A stretch of 64,000 nt of DNA, taken from positions 34,472,001 to 34,536,000 of the forward strand of contig OY740789.1 of NCBI GenBank assembly GCA_963514005.1, given 5' to 3'. Numbering within the stretch: the first letter of the stretch is position 1; every line of letters begins with the position of its first letter. The stretch is from Raja brachyura (lineage: Eukaryota). Position numbers and translations under genes: made by a program. The notes below the pieces were generated by a model. It worked only from the letters and a program-made list of their open reading frames with translations, did no database searches and was not told the origin of the DNA. Positions 13,557-27,017 of the stretch are shown one piece after another.

Positions 13557-14340
13557 TCTCTATAATACTAAAACCCTTCCTATTGTTTGTGCTTGTGCTG
13601 AAGTTGTGTCGATCTGTTTTTCCAACCTTCCAAACGCTAGGCCACAGTCTTCCCATTTTCACATATCCTACTCGCATTTTCCCATTGTGATGATAAACAT
13701 CTTCCCGTCGCATTCCCATCTATATTTCCGATTATATTAATCCTTTAAATTTTAAAAAACAGCCCCAAAAACTCACCCATTTCTGAAAAAAAAACTGAGT
13801 GACGTCACAATGCACTCGCAAGGCAGGACGGGACACTCCAGGAGGGAAAGGCACTCCAATGCTCGTGCGGCAGCTGCCGGCGCCCGCGCCTATTGGCGAG
13901 GGTGTGTGCCGCGGGCCCTGGCTGGAGCCGAGCCTGGTGCTCGAGCTGGAGTGGCAGCTGAGCCCGGGGCTTGGGATGGGGCCGTGACTGGGGCCGCGAA
14001 AGAAGCCGCCGCTGGAACCAAGGACGAGCCTGGGTCCGGGGTCAGTGATGAGCCTGGAGATGAAGTTGGTGCCTGCACTGGAGCCCAGGCAGCGGCTGAG
14101 CTGACATCTGGAGTCTACAGCCAGGGCCGGGCCTAGTACGAGAACCAAGCCGAGTTCCAGGCCCTGCCGCTGCTCTACTACCTGGGTAGGTCCTGGGGCA
14201 GGGAATGGGAGTGAGGGGAAGAGGATGATGGAAATGAGGAGGTGGGAGATGGGGTGAGAGTGGGGTCGTAGAGGGAGAGGGGGGGGGGGTGGGGTTGTCA
14301 CTCTATTCAACACAAGGGCAGCAGCTTGGATACTAGCCAG
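13557..14340 (+). mobile_element. Non-autonomous Helitron-like element with a GC-rich interior
   Basis: Starts A|TCTCTATAATACTAAAA, interrupting a LINE-tail sequence; ends ...GGATACTAGCCAG|T (imperfect CTAG terminus); no TSD or TIR; interior 13850-14200 is degenerate GAGCCT/GGGCCT hexamers. Confidence 0.5.
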
Positions 14341-14359
14341 TGTGCAAATGAGAGTTACC

Positions 14360-14690
14360 TAGAACACTATAGCACAGCAAGAGGACCTTTGAGCAATAAT
14401 GTTTGTTCCAAATATGATGCCATGTTAAACTAATCTTCTTTGCCTGCACCTTATCCATATACCTCCCTTTCCTGCATATTGCTTGGCCTATCTAAAAGTC
14501 TCTTACGCTCCACTATTGTATTTGCCTCCATAACCACCCCTAGCAGCACAGTCCAGGCACCCACCACCCTCTGCATAAAAAGAAAAGACTTGACCCATTC
14601 ATTTATTTTAAACATTGCCTCTCTCACCCTGAAGTTAACTCTTTTGTCCTTGGCAGTTCCAGCTTGGGAAAGGTTCTGACTGTCTACCCT
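14360..14690 (-). mobile_element. CR1 LINE 3' fragment
   Basis: Similar in layout and sequence to the CR1 3' ends at 15306, 53762 and 56640. Confidence 0.65.
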
Positions 14691-15305
14691 TAGTTTAATG
14701 GCAGTTTTTGCATTGGTGGGACAATAGGGTTTGAGTTACTACAAGTAATGTGAGGGAAAAGAGCCATGCAATTGCCAACTCCCAAAAGGGGCAAACTATT
14801 ACTTGGTTTGACTGCAGATGACTCAGCTGATTGACATTCTCAACAAAATGTTTCATCTCTGGAGAACAATGGAAGACTATGTTTTTGGTCGCACCTGAGT
14901 CTGAAGAAGGTTAGATCATTTCCACTAGAGTGCCATGTTTGATAGCCAATGCCTCAGTTTTGGATGCAACTCCCTACTGAGGCTCTGCAATATAGGGGTT
15001 CCGCAATGAAAGCCCAGGATTGTGCCCTGAAAGCTCAGAGAGTGAGCATCATGAACCTGGATAACATTGGAGGCATTAGGATATATCTGCCTGTCTCACA
15101 GTTTTCACTCTCACACGAGGATAGACAAGGTTTCACCTGTGGGAGCCGTAGTGGCTCCAGGAAGCACAAACATGCTGTCCATTCTCAGGAGGCACACAGC
15201 CACAGTTCCAGTGCCACTCGGTTAATAAGTCGCTTAGCTGAGAGCAAATAGCGAGGGAAAATCCTGAATTTACCTTTGACATTGTCATTTGATTGCTCAG
15301 GAGTC

Positions 15306-15900
15306 ATAGAAACATAGAAAATAGGTTTTAGAAAACAGGTGTAAGCCATTCGGCCCTTCGAGCCATTCTATATGATCATGCAAAATCGGTACCCCGTTCC
15401 TGCTTTCTCCCCATATCCCTTAATTCCGTTAGCCCTAAGAGCTATATCTAACTCTCTCTTGCAAACATCCAATAAATTGGCCTCCGCTGCCTTCTGTGGC
15501 AGTGAATTCCACAGATTCACAACTCTCTGGGTGAAAACATTTTTCCTCATCTCAGTCTTAAATGGCCTACCCCTTATTCTTAAACTGTGACCCCCGGTTC
15601 CGGACTTCCCCAACATCGGGAATTTTTTTCCTGCATCTAGACTGTCCAATCTCTTAAGAATTGTATATGTTTCTATAGGATCCCTCTTCATCCATTTAAA
15701 TTCCAGTGAATATAAGCCCATTTCATCATATGTCAGTCCTGCCATCCCGGGAATTAACCTGGTGCACTCCCTCAATAGCAAGAATGTCCTTCCTGAAATA
15801 GGGAGACCAAAACTGCACACAATACTCCAGGTGCGGTCTCATCAGAGCCTTGTACAACTGCAGTAGGACCTCCTTGCTCCTATACTCAAATCCTATCCCT
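15306..15900 (-). mobile_element. CR1 LINE 3' fragment
   Basis: ORF 15368-15820 (TRLIPGMAGLTY...GHSLRIRGRPFKTEMRKNVFTQRVVNLWNSLP) is a typical CR1 ORF2 C-terminus; (CATAGAAA)n tail. Confidence 0.92.
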
Positions 15901-16149
15901 ATGAGTCTATCTGAGGGTCTCTGCGAACTGTCTCCACAGATGCAGGAACATTTTAACCCACCTCCCTCTGGAAAAACTCATTTTATTTCTGCTGGACAAA
16001 AACAAATGGAGGTTTAACAAGTAGGCCACACTGCATTAATTGTAACCATGGACCGACCTCCTTTGTACATTCACAGTTGGCTTTGAGAAAGAGTTGATGG
16101 GCCATCTCCTTGAACAATTGCAATCCATGTCGTCACCCAGGGGTAGGGA

Positions 16150-16600
16150 GACATCATTAAGTTGGACAGGGTACAGATGAGATTCACCAGGACATGACTT
16201 GGGTTTGCAGTCTTGAGTTATAGGAGGGGTTGGATAGGCTAGAAGGTTTTTCTTTGGAGCATTGGAGGCTAAGGATTGACCCTTTTGAGGTGTACAAGAT
16301 CATGAAGGTGGAGGATTCTAATACTGGAGGTTATAGGCTTAAGGAGAGAGATTTAATAGAGACCTCAAAGACAACCTTTTCACTCGGAGTGTAGTCTGTA
16401 TCTGGAATGAGCTGCCAGAGGAAGGTGTAGAAGCTGATACAGTTATGACTTTGCAAGACACTTGGACAAATATATGGATAGGAAGGGTCTAGGCGGATAT
16501 GGGCCAAATACAGGCAAATGAGTCTAGCCCAGTATACCAAGTTGGTCTGTATGAACAACGAGAGCTGAAGGCCTGTTTCCATGCTCTAAAGCTCTATAAT
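16150..16600 (+). mobile_element. CR1 LINE 3' fragment
   Basis: gtacagatgagattcaccagg...tggaatgagctgccagagg...gaaggcctgtttccatgct tail. Confidence 0.8.
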
Positions 16601-16974
16601 GGTATGTGGTGAACTTGCATTAACCACTTAATTCAGAATAGGTTGTGGTTTGGAGGGGAAATTGTGGGTGGTGGTTCCCCCATGTACCCACTGCACCTCC
16701 TACAATGCTAGTGATTGCAGTGCAGTGCATGGTCAATGAAACATTGGCAAGTCTCCTCAGTTGATCCTGTAGATGGCACATGTGAATCTGATGCACTGTG
16801 GTGAATAATTCGCGAATATATGTGGACCAGATGCTGGAATCGGAAACAAAACAGAAATGCTAATTTTGAAGACCAAAAGAACAGAGACAGGGTTCTCAGG
16901 AAAGGCAATTGACTGCCACGAGCATTCCATGAACTCTCCACCCATCTTGGAAATGCCCTAAAATTCAATGATTA

Positions 16975-17570
16975 TGTAGGTGGAGGAAGGGGGAGGGGAA
17001 GGATGGGAGGGGAGTAAGTGGAAGTTACTTAAAATTAAAGAATTGAATTTTCATACCGTTAGGTTGAAAGCTGCCCAAGTGAAATATGAGGTGCTGCTCC
17101 CCCAATTTGCTTGTGTCCTCACTCACGGAATTGAGGAGGCTAAGGACGTATAGGTCAATATTGGAATGAGAATTTAACGTTTTAAGTAACTTCTACTAAT
17201 TAGAAGTAACTTCTACTTACACTCCCCTCTTCCCCCACCCTTGCCACCTTCCTCCACCCTAGCTTTTTTTTACTAGTTCCAGAGTTCTGCATGGTGCCTT
17301 TCTCTTGAGATCACACTTTCCCTAGTCAACAATGGGCCAACCTGGGCACCGCCCTGCGTAAGGGCATTTGGGGCCAGCTCTGATTGGTCCTGGTCTCTTC
17401 TCTCACCAGCTCTTTACCCCATTTCCCCCCACTTTCATTCTGAAGAGCGGTCTCAACCCAAAACATCGCCCATCCTTTTGCTCCAGTGATGCTACCTGAC
17501 TCGCTGAGTTACTCCTGCATTTTGTGTATATCTTTGGTATAAACCAGCACCTGCAGTTCTTTGTTTCCGA
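16975..17570. mobile_element. Penelope-like element remnant with an inverted 5' part
   Basis: Minus 17177-17025 translates openly to LNSHSNIDLYVLSLLNSVSEDTSKLGEQHLIFHLGSFQPNGMKIQFFNFK*, matching a PLE GIY-YIG C-terminus. From 17181 the same post-stop sequence repeats on the plus strand and runs into a decayed hammerhead-like core (17440-17467) and the family 3' end. Confidence 0.8.
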
Positions 17571-17835
17571 CAAAACATTAACTGGTTGCAGTTTCTGCTG
17601 ATGCTGCTTGACTGGCTGAGATCTTCCAAGATTATTTTTTTATTTCAGGTTGGATTTCATCTATTTTGCCTGGAATTTGCACCTATTGTATCTTCTTGGA
17701 GTTGATGGATATTTTGCAAGAAGTTGATGGATATTTTGGGATGCAACTGACTTGTGCCTTGTTGATCATGGAAAACGTTTAAGGTGTCAATAGGTGAATC
17801 ACTCGCGAGAGAAAACTTAGCTTCTAACTTGTTCA

Positions 17836-18158
17836 GGAGCGGAAAAGAATGCAGAAAGTTGTAATCACTGTCCAGTCCATCATCGGCTCTGACCTCCCCA
17901 CCACCGAAGGGATCTATCGCAGAAATGTATTACATCCAGGTTCAGGAACAGCTACTTCCCCACAGCCATCAGGCTATTAAACTCGCCATCACACAAACTC
18001 TGAAGTATGACAGCCTATTGCACTTTATCTGCTTACTTATGGGTATATTGAACTGAACTGTTCTGTATTTTTGTTTACAATACTCTGTTGTGCTGCAGCA
18101 AGCAAGAATTTAATTGTCCTATCTGGGACACATGACAATAAACTCTCTTGACTTGACT
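17836..18158 (+). mobile_element. Rex1/Babar-type LINE 3' fragment
   Basis: Encodes RFRNSYFPTAIRLLN; ends with AATAAA and a (CTTGA)n tail. Confidence 0.75.
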
Positions 18159-19372
18159 ATGATCAATCCTGTCAAATTTCTAATCGGTACGCTGCTGTTG
18201 AAGAATTTAATTATAATGATACCGATGAAGTTCAAATGAGAGAAATTAGTCTCTAATGGTGGAGTTTGTGTGCCAAAACTTGCTTACGACTTTTCAGCTT
18301 GTCGCTAAATAATGTTCTTATCCTCCTGTGTGTCAGAACAAACTACTTTACAATCTGAGCAGACTTAAAATTCAACTTCATAACAGGATAGAAATAACAA
18401 TTGATGTCATCAATGGTCAATGCTTCATTTTATGTTTTACTGTCATATTTATGTACCAAGAAGAATATTACAACTTACATAATTTATCTATCTTCAGTCA
18501 GAAGAAGAGTCTGTTCATTTTGGTCTGTTGCCAACTGTGATCTGTTCATTCCCTCCACAGATGCTGCCTGTACCATTGTGCCTCCGCCAGTTGCTTACAT
18601 ATCCACATGTGTACAGAGTACATTTGCTATGTTATATGTCACCCCCTTCCCTGTGGAATGTTTGGAGCGGTATATAGTTTTTAATAGAGCGCCAGAGTTT
18701 GTTACGTAGTGCTAAATTCGGTACTGTACTATTCAACATTTACAGGATTCCATTCTCTTAATATTTTGCTTGTTTGAAATCATCAGCATCATCTTAATCC
18801 ACCACTCATTGTTTTTTATAATTTACACAGTCATTGTGTCAATGTAGGCTGGCAGTACTGAATTGTTCTCTGGGCAAGATAGCATTCTAAGCATCCTGGA
18901 GCTAAACATTGTTAATACGGTTTAATATAGTTGAATATGATGAGCTGCCAGTGTGGCCTTAAAAGCTTCTTAAAATGATATGGTTTGAGTTGCTGCCTGT
19001 TCATAAATGCCATCTTTGTTTCCTATCAATATGTCTGATACTCGGACTGAGATTCAAAAACACACTGTGTGATTAATCGTAAATAAAAGGCTTTCAAACT
19101 TCAAGATAATTTATCAAGATGTCATATGTACATTTTACAATCTCACAATAAATTCTTTAAAGTTTTATTGTTAGATTAAAGATTAATACCACAGCGACAT
19201 GGTTGATTTTTTTCAATAAAATCAATAATTAAAAGGATAACTTACAAACACTTGGCAATATTTGTGCCAACTAGATTGAAAATTATTAAAGAATTCTCTT
19301 CACGCATAAAAGTTGTTGTTGCAATGAACAGAAGGCATCATTTAATTTAATGAGGCAGCTATGTTTTATGGC

Positions 19373-19466
19373 AAGGTAGACATAAAATGCTGGAGTAACT
19401 CAACGGGACAGGCAGCATCTCTGGAGAGAAGGAACGGGTGACGTTTCGGGTCGAGACCCTTCTTCT
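19373..19466 (-). mobile_element. Penelope-derived short element, hammerhead core truncated at CUGA
   Basis: Near-identical to 44459-44556, but the minus strand reads AAGAAGA instead of CUGAAGA; TATGGC occurs on both sides. Confidence 0.8.
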
Positions 19467-20689
19467 TGAATATGGCGTCTATTTTGTTATTCGTTGTCAT
19501 AATAGCTATTAACACTTTACTCAAAGTATCTACTCGATAGAAACATACAGAGCATATATCAGAAATAATACAGACTAAGACAGGTTGTACCGATTTGTTT
19601 ACTGGTTATGTATTATTCTTAATCTTGATATGTAATTTATGTAAGTGCCCTGTTTCTGCTGCACATACACTTTGAAATGTAATGGTCAGTTTTATAACAT
19701 ACATAACAGAATTAATATTTATTTTAATTTCTGATATGACTAGAAGCTCAAAATATCCTTTGCTATCTCTAAATCGTTTCTAGGTCGTATGCATTAAAGT
19801 ACTTTCAAAATTGGTGATTTGTAATTTATACTGAGAATTCTAAAATATATGTGGATTTTAAGTTAACTTTATTCTGAATATTTTGTAACAAAATGTGGCC
19901 TTAACGGAATGGTTTGAGTTGCTACTAAAGAATCGATCCTGTTCACAAATTGCTTCTTTGTTTCATGTCAATGTGTTTCTCTGATACTGGGGTATGATTG
20001 TTTTAAAAATTACGATAAAGTAACAATTCAATATAGTATTAATCACAACAGAATAACATAAATTTACAGAATTCTAATGCAACACTTCTCAATGCAGAAT
20101 GGGACGCATGACAATGTTGTCAAATTTATCTCCAGGTCTGGTAAACATTCGCCTACATCTTGTAATCTTGCAATTTATGTATTTTTACTCTGGAAACAAA
20201 TTCCCATTTATTCTGCTGTAATCTACTTTGATTTGTATGGGCTAAAACAATACTGCTAAAATAGGGGAGGGGGGGGGGGGGGGGGGGAATGCACAACAGA
20301 GAAAATTAATTTATAATCATCTGCACATTTATAATACAATATTTTTATTTTTTCCTTCCAGAGTAGCCCAGTATTCCATCCAGTCTCCCAGGTTTATCAT
20401 TCGAGGTATATAAATGAACCCAAAAGTCCTGTGTAACTTGGAAATCGTTTTCTAAATACCAGTAAAAATAAAACTCCTATATTGTTCATATTATGTTGTA
20501 GATTTTAAAATGCACAACTTGACTATTATTTGGACATGGTTCACACGCATGGTCAAGAATATGAACACATTACATATTGCAGGCGTGTCCATCTCGACGT
20601 GTACTTTTGTTTTAAAGAGTACAGGCAATGAGTGTAAAGGTTAGGAAACATGTTCTGCCGCAAATGTTGCCTATGGAATTAAGGCAAAA

Positions 20690-20920
20690 AGCAACAAGGC
20701 AGGTTACCCTGGGTTTTGGGGAGAGCCTATGCTCTAATCCTATAGTTCCACCTAATTAATTTCTCTTTTATGGAGCTGCATTTCATGATTGTATCTTGTT
20801 TGAAGGAGATTATGAGTCGCACACTTCATTAACAAGGTGTAAATGATCAGAGCCCCTCTCCATCCACCTGCCTAATTGGGTTAATGAAGTGTCTCTGCGG
20901 AATATGCTGCAGAAACAAAC
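20690..20920. promoter_or_regulatory. Candidate conserved non-coding element 3' of Otx2
   Basis: Non-repetitive block rich in homeodomain motifs (TAATCC, CTAATTA, TAATTG) with a 13-bp inverted repeat; conservation not tested. Confidence 0.4.
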
Positions 20921-21464
20921 CGCCCAATCCGCACAGATTTACCGCTCTGCAACATCCAATCCTTCAATTGCACAAAGACCACACTAACTCGTAGCGAAGA
21001 TCGCAGGTTTGCTTTTACAATTTCGATGTCAGTAAAATAATCTGACTCTCATCAAATTATACCAAACTACGGAATGAATTCATTGCACCGAATCATTCAA
21101 CTCCACTCTAGTTTTTCTTAATTATCTAAACACTATCAATCTAATTAATATGGCCTGTGCTTAACCTATGTCATTTGTTTCATATCTCTAAAGGGCAAAT
21201 ATTTTCCCTCTACCAACTATATCACAGTAATAAGCGCAGAGCATCGTGTACTGAAATACCGGAACGCTTCTAATTCAAACTATAACGCGCAGAATTCGTG
21301 ATTCAATTCGGCTCTCGACCGATAGCATAATTAGAAAAGTATCGATTTTCGCCTGACTAAATATACTTTGACCATTATATATTTTCCAAAGAAAATGTGT
21401 TATCCACTATATATTATTCCAAAGAAATACCTTCCAAACGCTTGGGTACTGTCCAATTCACCTC

Positions 21465-21685
21465 TACCCCACTGCGGATATTGGACTTTGTGTTTGGTAC
21501 TGATGCGGTAAAATGCAGAGAACTATGTTTTGCGCTCTGAATCTTTCCCTTCGCTCTGCTTATTATACTTAAGTTTGGCTTGATGGTACTTATGTACAGT
21601 GTTACTTAATTTGAATGGATAACACCCAAAGTAAAACTTTTCACTGTATATTGATAGACGTGACAATAATAAACCTAAACCTAAA
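21465..21685 (+). mobile_element. LINE 3' UTR fragment
   Basis: ...tttcactgt...gtgacaataataaacctaaacctaa tail, similar to those at 48110-48165 and 60100-60165. Confidence 0.6.
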
Positions 21686-24600
21686 TCAACGTTGTCTAAC
21701 AGCAGGCATTCTGGATGGTCAGTGTTTGCTATTCTATGAACGGCAATCTGAATCCCACTTTAATAGCTGGAGCTTAAACAATGTTCCGAAGAGACAAAAC
21801 TTACTTTTTAATGTTAGGGTTTATTCGTGAACCTGGGGCCTCATTGGCACGAACAATACTTAAATCCAATAAACAAACCTAGAGCATGTGCTCCAGAGAT
21901 GCTGCCAGACCCGCTGAGTAACTCCAGCACTTTGTGTTCTGCATCTGCAATACATAAATCTAGCCTCGATTAAGAACACCAGATTTAAAATTGCGATAAG
22001 ATGATAATCAAAAGATAGGGTTTAAAACAGTTTAAAGCTCTCGGAGAATGTTTTACCATACGGCATTAGAAGCCTGTAATCCGCATCAAAGTAGGTTACA
22101 GCAGTTTACATACCCGGTTGCATTTTAAGTAAAAGCTCATATAGTGAGAGCGTGGATATTGTGTTAGTTTGGGAATGTGTTCATTTCTTCCAAGATTTGA
22201 TGATCCAAGTTGGTTGGTGTTCTAAGTATACATTCAGTAAATGCTAACTTGGATAAGGATAAAACGTCAACAGCTGAGAGAGAAAGCTGTTGTTTCCTAA
22301 CACTTTTGTTGGAAATGTTGACTCTAGATGCATTGTAACTCGGGACACCACACGCCTTTTTGGTGGTGTTAAAGGCGTTCGATTGCACTTAGTTTGACAA
22401 TTAGTTCGGGGAAGTGCATGGTTAATGGCGCATTTGCAGCAGGACCAACTTTAACTGGAAATTACATGATATTCACACGGTTCAGCAGTGTGTTATAGTC
22501 AACAGATGCTGTCGGTGTCCACACTTTCGCCCAGAATATTCCCATGATGCATGTAGGAGGAGCATTCTCACCTCCGTGTGACATTTAACTTGAACGTGTA
22601 GCTATATATGTATGGCTGCCACATGCGGTGTTCATTTGAAATCGAAATATATATTTATTGGAAAACACAAAATTCGATTGAATGTACTCTGATTAAGAGT
22701 GTCGCAGTCACTAGTCAGATTGTAATCACACACACGTTACATCTTGTTCATTTGTCTACCAATCCTAATTCGAAAGGTAAAAAGTTCAAGTAAACGACTC
22801 TGTATCAGGTATGACAATGGGGACATTAAAAATATCAAAAAAATCAATCAAAAGCTTAAAACAAACCAATCCCATTTAAATCACATTGAATTGAAGTGTT
22901 ATTTTCAGATCTTGAAAACGAAACATTTTTGTCTTCATCATGTTAAGATTATAATATACATTGTGAAATAACATAATTCTCAATTTAGTCGTTCATTTTG
23001 AAAAATGTATTAGCTAAGCACTCCCTCTCCGTCTCATCTATATATAACATACATATTTATAGCTACCATTCCTAATTAAATGATTTGGACAGCGAATACT
23101 TAAATATTGAATTCAGATTGCGGTAAATCAAAATGCCATCGGGTGATTCCCAGAAACTACATCTGGCTGGACTCCATCCCCTCCTCTGCGGTAAAGATCT
23201 CACGTGCAGTCGGAAATTGCGGGGAGACTGATCTAAAACATGTCCCATTCAGGATCTATACCGGGTGAGACTGCAAGTTGTATAATTTCTGCGGATTTTC
23301 TGGTGGCAGTTGTTCGATCGGTCACGAATGTGTTTCGCTACAATAAATTAAGAAATAGTGTCAGAATGTGCACAGCCGCCAAAGAACGGCCTCAGCCCCA
23401 CCAGAACGAATATTTATTTAGTTAGAATTAACGCAGTTCTTCCGCTAAATGTGGACGGCAGGATACCTTTTAAAGTAACGATTTAATTCAGAGTGAATGA
23501 GTCCGACTAATCCAGTGTGATTTTATAATTGAAGATGACCAATATCCTAATGTCTAATATTCTCAATCCGACACAACTTTGAAAACTATCAAATGCAACT
23601 GTTCGTGTTGTTAACTTGTTCGTGAACAGCAGGCGCGGTTGAAAATGAAACCTTAAACTCTTCTTTGTAAAGTTAGAAATATTTTGTTGAGTAAACAAAT
23701 TAGAAATATTGTTGGACTAAAAATGGTGTGTAAGTGGTTTATGTCAGATACATTTCGGTGACCAGAACTGGTTCACATTATTCACGTGGCTCCTCGGGCG
23801 TGTCGGGGACGTAGATTCGTTTCAGCGTTACCGCCGATCGCCGGAGAGTTCGAGTTTCATAACTTGATGGGGTTTGTGAATAGGGGCGGAATGATAGGAT
23901 CTGGACAGGGACTGAGAGGTGTAGAGACCCGATGCCTTGTTGTGTGAAGCGCATTCAGCTACAACCTATCGACCATTGCAGCCTTCTTGTTCGTTGTGCG
24001 AAGGGGAAGGGAAAGGAAGGGACGGGATTCCTAGTGAGTCATGCAAAGAAATGTTAAAATATTAGTTTTCCAATCAAGAGTCAATAGTATTTAATTGCCA
24101 GATGTACTGACAAGGAAACGATTACATTCTTACTTGCAACAGCATATTAGGCCTGTGAACACAATACACATAGATTAGAACATAGATACATATGTAAGAA
24201 GAACTGCAGATTGGAAACTGGCCCTTCGTCCCACCGAGTGCATACCAGCCATCGATCTCCCGGCACAGTCGTTCTATGTTCTCCCACTTTCTCAACCACG
24301 CCCTACACATTCCGGGAAATGAACAGAGGTCAATTAATCGACAACCCCAATATATAATAAATGAAATATCATACATAATAAAATAAAATTCAACAAATTG
24401 TAATACCAATACCAGTGCAACAAACATATTCAAGCGAACATGCCCCAAAATGGTTGATGTGTTATGAGTCGAAATGTCAAATTTGACTGGGGCATGAAAA
24501 CAAAACCAGAATATATTTACCTTACGTACGCATTTAATCAAATACCATTGTAAATTTCACATGGCAATTTTGCATAAGATTGAGACAAGATTTAAAGCAT

Positions 24601-26923
24601 GGTGCCATGTTATACCTGATGGTTGTAGTGTACGCGATTAGATCGGACTTCAGGCGCTTTCTGTGCGGTTTAGGAGAGGCACCTACACATGCCAAGAGAT
24701 GCCAGTTTCACTGGAGGCGCCGCGCACACATCCAAACACGTTAGGCGGGGTAGTTCTGATTGAAGAGATAACATCGAATACTTGAATACTAAGATTAAAA
24801 TAATTATTCTGTAGAATAACCGAAGAAATTCTCAAAGTGGCCGAATGAAAAGGTGAATGAAATGAGGCAGTCGGAGCAGCACTTACATTTTATCAGACCG
24901 AACTGATTTTTTTCTAAGCATTTACTTCTAATCGCAATTTTCCATTCTTGTTTTTAAGAATACTTTCTAATTAATTGTCACGGCCCGCCTTATTCAAAGG
25001 AGCAAATCGTTTTGTCCAATTTTTTTTTTGTGTGTTTACACTTCCTAAAATGTATTCGCACTGTCCATTCCTGTCAGCCTGTCTCCGCGCAATGTCTGCC
25101 TTTGGCACGGTATGAGCAAGGAGGGCGAATTCACCTTTTAAATATTTATTCCGATTCTGCGCCGCTATCTGATGTGTATTCCGACCCCCCCGATGCAAGA
25201 ACAGTAATGACAAATGAACCCTGTCTCCTGCCCAAATATATATTACATAAATAATTACACTAGCACGACGTATACTGATTTATGTCAGAAATGAGACTTC
25301 CCTGTCATTTCAATGTACAATAATCTACAAGGCAACCGTGAGACATACCTGACAATGTTTCGCCTGATTGTATTTTTTAAATTTAATACACTGCCATATC
25401 TCCAGTGTACTGGATGTGCGAAACATTGCCGACTTACTGCTGATCATGTGCAGAGGGGAAAGCGGCGCTTCGATTCCAGATTCCATGATGCATGTTTTTT
25501 TTATGGATGATTTAAGAATACGGGGACAACAATACAGAATCATATTTCTCCATTGGCCGTTTTAGTTAAAAAATCCCCCCCCCCCCCCCCCCCCCCATAC
25601 GAAATAGAGATTTAGGAACACATTAAGAAACCTTAAAACACCTTCAAGGAACATCTTAAATATTACCTTGGCTGTCCATATTGCGTTTCCTTCAAACGTT
25701 GAGGAACACTTCTCTTATGGTAGGCACTGGCCTCTCCTGTCGGGTATTTACGCTGACTGGTTGGCCTAGTTTAACGTTAGTTTGTTGGAATCGCTAGCAT
25801 CGCATGCGTGTAACGATGGGACTGCGATTGTCTGTCCCAATTGCTTTCCTGTAGTTGTTCACAGCGATGAATCTTCTGCAAAATGTTTGCACACTTCGTT
25901 CACGTGAGATTCATTATCCATGTAAAGGCTGCCGAAACAAACATAAATTGTTGCTCAAACTTCATCAAATAGAGCCCAACGTTTCCCATGTGTTGTGTTT
26001 GCCTGGATGAAGAGCGAGATGCTGCATTATGTAACATCTTACTAAATTTCGTAGAAAGGACAATCTGCCAAAGAACGGCCATATATCCAAAATGTGGTCA
26101 ATTCAACATAATCTGATTCGGATAAAGATAAAGAAATAATAAGTGGAACATCACCCCACATCGAATGTATTAAACTGTTTGTGTCTCGGGAGACCAGTCA
26201 TCCTTCAGTGTCCAATATTTAGGCGTAGATGGATATATTAATATGGTGTGTTACTTAATCATTGGCTTTAGGATGTCCACACTTCTGAGGTGTTATGCAA
26301 TGGTACATTGAGCTCGAAAGAATCCGTGTTCAGGGTCTACTTATCAAATGCATTGAAATCATAATTTTCAATCTTCCTGAAATGTTCAATATGTTGTAGT
26401 AATATTTGTAAGTATTTTAACGTTCTGCGTTTTATTAGACACAATAGAACGACGATTACATGTCCATGATCCTTCTTTATTGAGTGGTTATTAATGTATT
26501 ACATTTTCTTTATTATATATTTTTCTGTGCGTATCGTGTTTACGGGCATATTAAGGTGCGGCAAGCAAAATACATAATTTTATTGTTCCGGTGTCGGTAC
26601 ATATGACAATTAAACATTTTTTACTCTTAACGTGCGTGTACTATCTTACACGTTTCAAAGCACCACTGTCAGTACCTGTCCTTTAACATAAACAATGGAT
26701 TAGCTGAAGTTGATGAATTTCAATCACATACTTTTTTGGATTATTTCGCTCCTTCCCCAAATGTTATATCAAACTTGCCAATTCCACAGGTCGATTAGCA
26801 AAATATTCTGTTCACCTTGATATCTAAACTCAAGCGCCCAAACGGATGCGCCTTGGGAATATCTTCTAACTCTGCGGAGGCTACCTAAATGCAGGTTGTT
26901 GTTGCACAACAGGCTGTAGATTT

Positions 26924-27017
26924 GAGTTTCTCCAGCTTTTTGTGTAACCCTCGATTTGAGTTTCTCCAGCTTTTTGTGTAACCCTCGATTCTCCAGCATC
27001 TGCAGTTCCTTCTTTAA
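26924..27017 (+). mobile_element. 5'-truncated Penelope-derived insertion
   Basis: Family 3' end cagcatctgcagttccttct; 19-bp direct repeat CACAACAGGCTGTAGATTT at 26905-26923 and 27018-27036; internal 34-bp tandem duplication. Confidence 0.8.

Noticed and set aside
13732-14313. 193-aa and 108-aa ORFs as a gene
   Set aside because: Low-complexity hexamer repeats inside a probable mobile element; no recognisable domain or splice structure.
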